A stretch of DNA of 64,000 nucleotides from Camelus ferus (lineage: Eukaryota). A program made the position numbers and the translations under genes. Shown piece by piece: positions 54,776 through 64,000 of the stretch. A model generated the notes under the pieces. The model had not been told where the DNA came from. It was given only the letters and a program-made list of their open reading frames with translations, and searched no databases. Location of the stretch: contig NC_045696.1 of NCBI RefSeq assembly GCF_009834535.1, positions 70,248,001 to 70,312,000 on the forward strand, written 5' to 3'. Position 1 is the stretch's first letter; each line of letters begins with the position of its first letter.

Positions 54776-56149
54776 ACAAGTAGTAAATCTGTCTCCAAAA
54801 TGATTTATTTTCAAATTAATATATACTTATTTCAAGTTAATACACACACATAAACTCTTCTTTAGACTGGAGTAGGTTTTATTTTGAGTTCTTAAAACTC
54901 TCTTTCACCCTACACTCCTCTCTGGGTTGGGGTTTTGATACTAGAGTGTCTACGAATAGATTTTGAGTCAATAATCCCTGAAATTTTATGCTAATATTTG
55001 TGTCTATGTATCTGAGTGCACTTCTCAGAAGAGGTACCATATCTTACATCATATTCTCTGAAGTGTCTCTGACCCAATAATAAGGACCAATACTTTATAT
55101 ATAAAATGAGGAGAAGAAATATGAGTTCACTTATCCTCATTTTGTATCAAAAGAGGCAAAATCAATTCAAACTGAGGGGTCCTACAAACAGCAGTGGTTA
55201 ATATGAAGAAATCTTTCCAGGATTTCTTATCCCATTATTGAAAATGGCACTTGCTTAAAGGCTTATTTTGTTGTTGTTGTTGTCATTAATAATTTAAAAA
55301 CTACCTATTTTTTTTAAAAACACCTTCTGAATGACGTTTTAAAAATGTGTTCTGGGTAATTGTCTCTAACGAGAATTATGTATTAGTAAAGCACCCGTGA
55401 AGCTTTGCCATGAGACTGCAGCTTTGCTGAGACTGATGATGCTCCTTCAATCAGGATAGCGCGGTGCAACTGCAGTTGCTGTCTACTGATTCATTTCCAG
55501 CAGGAACAGGTGTGCTCACAAGAAAGAAAGTGAGGGCTCCCACACTCCCCTGATTAATGATGATACAGAAAGGTGCATGCAAACCACACTCCACTGCACC
55601 GTAGGAACCTGGAATTTCCAGGATCTTACGTTTGTCTTTAAAATAGACACCTGGAAATCAGAAATATCGCAGGCTCACTAGATTAGCTGACCCTCTTGTT
55701 AGCCATTGATGAGATTGATGTAAATCAAGTTCTCTGGATTACGTTTTAAAACAGCTTTCTTCAAGAACAGAATAGTCTTTCATTCCTCTTGGGGCTATTA
55801 GTGCCAAGCTGCTCATCTTGCCAGCTCATACGAGGTTTGAGATTCACAGAGACAAGTTACCCTGCTTCCTGGCAGGACAGCAGCATTACACAACTCTGAG
55901 GGACACCATTTATAGTGTGTTCCAAGGGGCTACCATTCACACAGAAATAATGTGAATAGCACCCCCGCGGACTTGTGCAACACCCAGTATTGTTTCTGGG
56001 GCACATTGTGTAGGCATTTCAAGCCCAAAACTTTCTTCTGCTTATTGCTATAAGTATCTTTCTAAACAAAACTTCATTGACAAAAGTAGAGGGAAAGTCT
56101 CCATTTAGACTGGTGTCTCCAACGGAACCAAATTTTTAGAAAAAGATTA

Positions 56150-56383
56150 CAATTGACACTTGAATGGATTTGAGCTGTGTGGGTCCACGTATATGCAGAT
56201 TTTGTTCCATGGGAAATGCTTCAGCACTACACAATCTACAGCTGATTGAAACTGCTGATGTGGAGGAACCACAGATGGGGAGGACCATGGCTGCAAAGGA
56301 ACCTCCTTTGTGGAGGGATCAATTACAGGCCGATTTTCAGACTGGACAACACCCCTGACCCTGCCTTGTTCAAGGGTCAACTG
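56150..56383. mobile_element. TcMar-Tigger MITE (MER8-like)
   Basis: TA TSDs, TIRs caattgacacttgaa ... ttcaagggtcaactg, about 234 bp. Confidence 0.85.
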
Positions 56384-56405
56384 TACTTCTTGTTCTTATT
56401 CTGTT

Positions 56406-56523
56406 GAGGGGGAGGTAATTGGGTTTGTTTGTTTGTTTGTTTGTTTATTTATTTATTTATTTATTTAATGGAGGTACTGAATATTGAATCGAGGGCCTTG
56501 TTCCTGCTAAGCAGGGCACTCTG
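56406..56523 (-). mobile_element. 5'-truncated tRNA-derived SINE (camelid vic-1-like)
   Basis: ggggaggtaattgggttt(gttt)n(attt)n...ggaggtactg; the A box is missing. Confidence 0.8.
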
Positions 56524-57029
56524 CTTCTTGTCTGTTATTCTTGGTGTTTTTTATTTCTAGCACCCTAAGAGGGATGTGGGAGAGATGAACAGGGCTTTTA
56601 ATTCTCGAAAGAACTCCAGGGCATTTCAATTGCAATATTTGTTTGTTCTTTCATCAAACTTAAAATAGCCTGGCAGGATGAGTGCCTGAAATCATCTGAT
56701 AAAACGACATGAGCAGAGCTGAAGCATCTACCTTGTGCACATCTCTCCACCTTCTCAGACATCACAGAAGCAGGTGCTAATGCTAGACGTGATGTGAGAT
56801 CCTTAGGATGGGGTGCAGCAGAACTTTGTCCAACCAAATCACAAGTGCACTTGGATTCCTGAAGACTGCCAGGGCTTGGAGAGTCATTGATTTGTAAGTT
56901 TTGGCAGAGACTGCTGGCTGTCTTCCAGTGTTTCTCTTCTTCTGTAGCAATAAACTTCTGAATTTTTAGCTGAGTATTTGGTTGCTCAAAATGCACAGTA
57001 TTGTGTCAGCTTCTCTTGCATCCAGTTGT

Positions 57030-57406
57030 GAGAATGTGACTAGGATCTAGACAATGGGACATACATGGCAGTGTCACGCGGCAGCTTTGGGGAACCTACC
57101 TTAACGATCAGATGATATGCATCCTTTTCCTGTTTCTTTTTTGTCCCTTCCTCCATCTTGCTGCCTGGAACACAGATGTGAGGGCTGGAATTGGACCCAC
57201 TGTACTGGACCACAAGGACAAAAGTCACAGGGATAACAGAAAGGAGGGTGTAAAGAGCGTGGCTCCCAAGGACTTCATGGAGCAGAGTTGCTGCTCTGCC
57301 AGCCAATAGCCATTTGTATGAGAGAGAAATCAACACCTATCATGGGTAAGACACTGTTATTGTCATTCTTTAATTCCTCACAGCTGACCCTAATCCTAAT
57401 GGATGC
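57030..57406 (+). mobile_element. Old MaLR (MLT1) LTR
   Basis: cttgctgcctggaacacagatgtgagggctgga...tgagagagaaatcaac...taatcctaatggatgca. Confidence 0.6.
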
Positions 57407-58784
57407 AGGTGGGGTCCAAGAATGAGAGGGTTTTGTTTTGTTTTGTTTTTGTTTTCCTCAGTGCCATGTTTTTTCATGTTTTTCCAAAGTGCCAGCACAG
57501 GCAGCTTTGAGAATCTAATCTCCTTAAACAGGATTTCTTGTTTCAAGAAAAATTTTTTTTGCCAGTGTGATTTTTTTTGATGTTGAATTGCTCATAAGTT
57601 TCTATGTTGTGTTTCACATATAATTATTGTGGATAGTTCATGGAGACACCACTAAGAACCTGAGCATAATTTAAAACCTGGACCCCAAGGACAAAGGTCC
57701 CTCAGGATAGCAGAAAGGATGACATCAACATTTTAGTAGGAAACAGTCTTGTAGGTCTGCTTGAATCTCAAACTGACTCCTACTTAATTAGAGACAAAAA
57801 CACAAAGGGTGTATTATCAGAAGGAAAGGTGGCAGACAATGCACAAAGGGAAAGAAGAGTAATTCAAGAGGCAGTATCTCTCAGCACTGACCAAGAGGGA
57901 GGTGCTGCATCTGGGTGACAACCCTTCTGCTCACTGGATCAGAGATCTAAAATGGGGTGTCCCTCCACAAGACAGTGTGAAAGACGTGCCATCGAGGTAC
58001 AGACAGAAAACATTTAGAACCACTCTTGCTACTTATTTTTGTCTAAAAAGTAAGAAATTAACCTTTATTAATATTTCTTGCCCAAATGGACACTGCTGTC
58101 CTCACCAGGTTGTCTCAGACAGCCACACGTGGGAATCAAGTATCACGAGGGCAGCAGGTGAGTTCCAAAATGTAGAGAGGCTGACAGTGGCAGCCTTCCT
58201 CTTTCCTCTACCTTCAGCACATTGAGAAACATTGCAAATTAGGTCTGCTGGGGTAAGTGGATATTTAGACTAAATTACTTAGTTTCACTAAAGCAACCCT
58301 CACAAAAGACACTTTCAAAGAAAGCATGCTTAAAAAGAATCTTTGAAAGAAACACAGCTGAAAATAATACAAATTATGCAAGCAAAGGTGAACAAGAAAA
58401 CAGCAGAGCTGGTAGCTCTGGTATTAACGTTTTGTCAGCTGCGTTACAGTGCAGAATGGTTTAGAAGGATCACACAAGATGTTGGCCCCCCCAGATTGAA
58501 ATTATCAAGAAGATTATTGGAAATAGTGGTTTATAACCTACTGTTCATGATGAAGCTTACCTACCCTAAGTGTGCATTGTGTCTTATATTAGTTAATATT
58601 GGTATGAAACATCACCCATTAGCAAAATGTTTTAATATGTTGTTTATTTCATTTTATGTCATTCTTTATAAATTTCTATTATGTTTAACATGTGTATATA
58701 TATATATATATTAATAAAACAGTAAAAGTATGTAATTTATAAACATTGTACTATTATGTATTAGATACGTATACTCAAAATTTA

Positions 58785-59182
58785 TGTGATGCACTACCCA
58801 GATCCCTCTCTTAGGAATGAAAAATTTATTCTCCCAGTTGCTAGGAGTGCTGACAGAAAATGGCCTTTGTTGAGGATTGTCTTGCTCAAGGTCATACCTT
58901 CTTCCACAGGTAGCTTGCATTCAATGACTGTTCAACACAGGAGTATAAACACCTGATCTTCTTGCCCCAACTCTGAAGGGCTGACATAGCTCTAGGGCCC
59001 CCAGTGACACTGGGATGAGGTCTTCGTTGGTATGGAATTGCAGCTCAACTTCTCCCTCTGCTCATTCCTGCCTCCTCCTTTCTCCTTGATTCATAGGTAT
59101 CAATCCCAAGAGTGCCCCCTAAACATTCTGCACACTAGTCTCCATCTCAGAGTCTGCTTCCCAGGGAACCCAAATTACAACA
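58785..59182 (+). mobile_element. ERVL-type LTR (LTR16-like)
   Basis: tgtgatgcactacccagatccc...ctccatctcagagtctgcttcccagggaacccaaattacaaca. Confidence 0.6.
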
Positions 59183-59369
59183 ATGGAGGTACGTGATCAA
59201 AGATGTTTGGAAACCATTGATCCCTATGCTATGGACTCTTTAGTATTTGTGTAGTAGACTTTTGATTTCACATCATCACTTTTTAAAAGTATTCTGTGCT
59301 AGAAAAGAGTGGGCGTTCTCTGATGCATATGGGATTCTCTTAAAATATCAAGCTTGTTAATCACGTTAG

Positions 59370-62030
59370 TCAAGTTTTCTACTTAGCCTTGCTGATTTAT
59401 CTGTAGTCCTGTCTCCTGTGATTGGGGTCGATTACCCAGCCAGAGTGGTGACTCCTTTACTTGGCACAAAAAGCCCAAAGTGACTGAATGGGCACATAGT
59501 GCCTTAAAAGGCTCTCACTGTGTCCCTGGTAGAAGCATTTCCCCTCTAGGAACCAGGACTTCTAGATCTCAGAGTGACAGTTGCTGGTACAGTAATCAAA
59601 ATTCCCCAAGATGGTTACTGGCAGTGATGATAAATGGGGCCACTTCTACTTCCTATATCCTTGTATTCTACCTATTAGAAAAATAGCACTATATAATGAT
59701 TATTGATTTAGGGTGTAAATTGCATCCTGGAGGGTGGTACCCCATCCTCACAGGTTATAAGCTCCAAGCTGGCACCTCAGTAATACCTTCAATGAGATAT
59801 TCCATTATTTTATTAAGAAGGCTAGTAGCTTCTAGGTGATGCAGTATATGATAGGAAAAAAAATTGATGGTCATATGCTTACCTCTGTACCACATTTGTT
59901 TTATTAAAGTGCACCCTGTGGTCTGATGCAATATTATGTGGTCTCTTGTGTCACTGGCTCAGACCCTGTCTAAGCCCTTGGAAAATGAAGCCCAGCAGTC
60001 AGGAAAGGAAAACCCACACATGGAATATATGTCAATTCCAGTCAAGATGAATCACTAACCTGCTGACCGAAGAGTACCAATGTAATCGGCTTACCACCAA
60101 GTGGCTGGTTGGTCTCCTCGAGACGACTTGCGTCTGGAGCAAGTTGTACGTTCAGCCATTAGATGGGCCCTGATGAGTGGGGCTCATGCATGGCTTCATC
60201 CCTACAACCAAGCCTACTGTGTCCGTGGGCCCCCCGTGACAGCACTGAGCTGGGCAATGATGGTGGCTGGTCACTCTGTCTCCCTGGGTGTTTGATTCGC
60301 CTCCTGTGGCAGACGTTTGCTCGAGGGCACTACCGTGTGATGCACAGCTCTTCACACTCTGTGCCCACTCCCATGGCTCCACCCCTCAATTTCCCAGTTA
60401 CTGCTGTCTCTTATCTTCCAGTATTTCTCCTTCTAGGCCCTGACCAACCATCCAAGCCATTGCCACTGCTCATGTACTCTTACCTCAAGCCACTTCTCTG
60501 AGTCTTGTGGTTCCTTCTTCCACCACCTGCCGTGGCAATCTGGCCTATCCACTTCACTGTGTGTGTGCCGTCACTGTCTCTGAGCCTCCGAGAGCCACCT
60601 AGCAGTGCATTAGCAGTGAGTCCTAGAATCGGCCTGGGCATTAAATCCTGTATCATGGAGAGGGTTCCCTGTCAATAAACTCACCCTACCAGAGTCTGTT
60701 CTGCCCTTCTTCTTCCAGCACCCTCAGGGCCCACTCCCAAATGTACTCCCCCAGCTTCTGCTGATACCTATTGGCTGGATCCTATACCTCCTTGAGGATA
60801 TAAAAATCCTTTCCTCCCTTAGTCTTAGCACTTTCTGAATGGATTATTTCGTGACTTAACTAATTATCATTCTGATGGTCAAGAGGGGATGTATTTCCTG
60901 AGCTGGGTATGTGTCTTGCAAAATGGAAACCTCTGAATTCTCTTTGAGCCAGGGGAGAATGTTAAGTCTTTGGTAAGAAGGGGAGGATCTCCTCTGCAAG
61001 CCCAAAGCATTCAGAGGAACTCAGAATTTGATATTTTCAGAGTCCCAGACCCAGATGTCCTTATTCCCAGTCACAGGGACCTGCTTCTTCTCAATCAAGG
61101 CCCTAATCTTGGCAAAGCAGAATTGCCATGAGAATTCACTCTTCTCTGAAACTCCATTTCCCTCATAATTAAGTCCTAGGCCTGACCCTCTGCTTTTTCT
61201 GCCCTGTGACCACAGGAGATAAGTCTCTTACATGCCACCAGGGAAGTGCTCTGAGCTCATGGTTTGTCTTAGATTGGTTACTAATCACCTTCACACCTTT
61301 TATTGTATTTCTCTAGTGTAGGAATAGCTCCCTGGACAGCCATCTGAATCCATGCGATTACAACATCCTGTAACCTCTCAAATGCCTGAGATATCGCCCT
61401 TGTCACCTTCTGTGGTCATGCCATCCCAGCTTCTCCACTGATGAAAGTTTTACTTTCATACAGTTATAGCATGCTAGGAGCTTGCAATACTCCACTTAGT
61501 AGTGAGGACATTTTCATTGTCAGCTGCCTGGTTTGTGATCCAGCTCTAAAATCTCATTTTAGATTTTGCTTCCTAGGACCACTTCTGTTAGCCATTGGCA
61601 TAGAACAAGTTTCCCAGGAAAGAGACTCTGAAAAAGAAGTTTCCATGCAGGAAGTCTACTGGTGAGTGCTCTTGGGACTAACACCTGTAAGGGAGTGAAG
61701 AAAGTACCACTGAGCAGAAGGAGGAGTTGAATTGTGAAGCAGATGTAGCAGAAGCTTTGGCAGATCTTTGGGGAGCTTTGAGGCTCAGACAGCCCCTCTG
61801 GGATGTCCTGAATTGACACAAAGGGGTTGGACCTTTGTACTTGCACCTTCACTTGCTTTTGGATGTGGGTTGCCCCCCAGGGAGGGAAGCATGGCCTTGG
61901 ACAAAGCATCTACCTTCAGCGAAGGTGAATCTCCTTGGAGGAACTCAAGTGCTTGGCTTCTCCCAGCAGCTGAGGGAATAGCGCCTGGGTACTGAAAGTG
62001 GGGGTCTGGCTGGTGCACAGCATCCAACAC
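59370..62030 (-). mobile_element. Degenerate ERVL provirus: internal region 59370-61585 plus LTR 61586-62030
   Basis: The LTR resembles the other LTR16-like copies; the boundary reads ggaccacttc|tgt; the internal region has no intact ORF. Confidence 0.5.
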
Positions 62031-62759
62031 ACAGCTTCTGTCTTGTAGGCCTTCCATACCACTCTCCTCACACCTTGTCCCTGCTTTGGTCATTCAATGC
62101 AAGAAGCCCCAGACTCCCAGCCATGCCTCATCACCTGGCTGTCATCCCTGTCCAGCTCTGTACATCTCCTAATCTGATGCCTGGTCTTCCTCAACTTCCC
62201 AAATCCTTCCCTTGAGTCCTCTAGAATTCACAATTTGCATCAGCAAAATCTCCTCTATTCTTAAAATGTTCTCTGAACATTCCTTTGTCTTCTTGGCCTA
62301 AATTCTTAGCGTCTTCAAGGGAGTCTCCAATGAAAGACTTTACCAGCCATCTTCTGAAAGATGGAGAAATAAAACAAAAATAATTGTGGGGGCCAGTATC
62401 ACCTTTCTTAGTGGTAGAGGCCAGTTCGGAGGATGTGAGTAGTATGTTAATCCTATGCACTTGCTAACGTTGCACCTGAGAATTAGTCTGCCCCACACAG
62501 TCACAGAAGCACTGGACTACACACATATATTCCTTTCTGTTTTCTGAAGTTTTAAATAACTTATGTAGTTTTAAATAATTCTCTATTGCATGTCAGTTTT
62601 CTCAGATCGTCTTTGGAAACAGGTGAAGCATAATTAGGGGAAAAAAGAGGGGTAAGATTCTCAAAAACAGATGAACGATAGTAGGAAGTAATATGGGTTA
62701 TGTGCTAAATGAATAATGGAGAGTATTAGTGCTAGAATTCAGAGAAGGAGGTGGTCACT

Positions 62760-64000
62760 AAAAAATCAATGCCCACTAACCTCAAGGAGGCTGTCCTATT
62801 ACACTTACCCCAGCCATTCACTTCCTCACTCCTCTAGATGACTATTTCATACCCCTTCTTTTTCCAAATTTCTTGGCTTCCTCAGCTGATGTCCTTGCTT
62901 CATTCACAGAAAAAACAGAAGCAATAGAAGGCATCGCCATGAGTACCCACTAACACATCTACCCACCCTCACCCCTGCATCTGTATGCATATGTCCTTCC
63001 GTCCCTCCTATTTCTGTGAACGAACTGTCTGCTCGCCTATCAAACCGTGGCTCCTCCACCCTACTCGGACCACCCCCTTTCACCTACTCAAATGCACCAC
63101 CCCACCAGTCCTCTTCTCTTCCTTCTGCTTCATCAATGCCCCTCGTTCTATGCCTTCTTTCCAATCAGCATATACACAAGCTGTAATGTGTTCCATCTTA
63201 AAAAAAAAATCTTGTTAAAAATTTTTTCTCCTAGCTTAAAAACTCTTGATCCTATCTCTCCTTCCAGCTACCAGCACGTTTCTCTTCTTTCCTTCATAGC
63301 AAACAACTATACTGATGATTCTCCTTGTCTCCCATTGCTTTCCTCTCCTCTTCTCTTGAACCCATTTCAGTCAGACTTGTATTCCCACCACCCCACCAAT
63401 AATGCCTTAGTAAAGGTCACCAATGACTCTTTCATTGCTGAATCTGTTTGTAAGTTCCAGGTTCTCATGCTACTTGACTCATTGGTCATTCCCTCTGCCT
63501 TAGAAAAGCTTGCTTCCCTTGATTGCAGGATACCACCTCTCTTGATTTCTTCCACCTCACTTGCTTCCTTCTTAGTCACTACTGCTGTTTCTTTATCTCC
63601 CTCGTTTGTAAATGTTGGAAGGCCCCAGGGCCCAGTCTTTAAACCTCTTCTTTTGTCTCTGTTCACCCACTCTCTTGGTGATCTCATTTAGTTTCATGGC
63701 TTTAAATATCTACACATTGAAAATGCCTAAATTCACACCTTCAGCCTGGATCTCCCCTGTTTGACTGTCTACTTGATATTTACATTTGGATGTCTAATGG
63801 ATAGCTAAAACTTAACATGTTCAATGTTGAGTGCTTGATATCTACCAGCTTCTCCTGCAGCTTGCCCTGTTCTCAGTAAACAGAAGCTTCATCCTGTCGG
63901 TTGCTCAGGACATTAACCTCAGCATCATCTTTGTCTCTTTCTCACTCTCCATGTCTAATCCATCAGCAAATCTTGGCTCTACCTGCAAATATACCCAGAG
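62760..64000 (+). mobile_element. L2 LINE fragment
   Basis: ORF 63047-63691 has decayed L2 RT motifs (LDP...SYQHVSLLSF, QS..., ALVKVTND, GRPQGPVFKPLL). Confidence 0.85.

Noticed and set aside
63047..63691. 214-aa ORF as a novel gene
   Set aside because: Decayed L2 reverse-transcriptase sequence.

Overview
Mammalian genomic DNA, most likely camelid judging by six copies of a tRNA-derived SINE resembling vic-1. The window holds one complete + strand protein-coding gene, EHHADH (peroxisomal L-bifunctional enzyme, MFE1). It has 7 GT-AG exons with CDS lengths 74+104+173+112+105+342+1262 = 2172 nt, giving 723 aa with an intact frame from ATG 12828 to TGA 52897. A second CpG island at about 4.5-5.0 kb looks like a divergent promoter, probably the distal MAP3K13 promoter by synteny. 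The rest is intron or intergenic DNA rich in L1, L2, MIR, MaLR/ERVL LTRs, DNA transposons and simple repeats. I found no CRISPR array, rRNA, genuine tRNA gene or novel multi-gene system. The best leads: (1) the C-terminal PTS1 reads NKL instead of SKL; (2) substitutions cluster around the hydratase pocket (G132A, E252V, F256Y, a divergent flap) while the dehydrogenase domain is well conserved; (3) there are upstream ATGs, including a strong-context overlapping uORF and a long in-frame N-terminal extension; (4) intron 5 contains a ~335 bp element that fuses an L1 5' end directly to an L1 3' tail. Orthologue comparisons and repeat family names are from memory and need checking by alignment.
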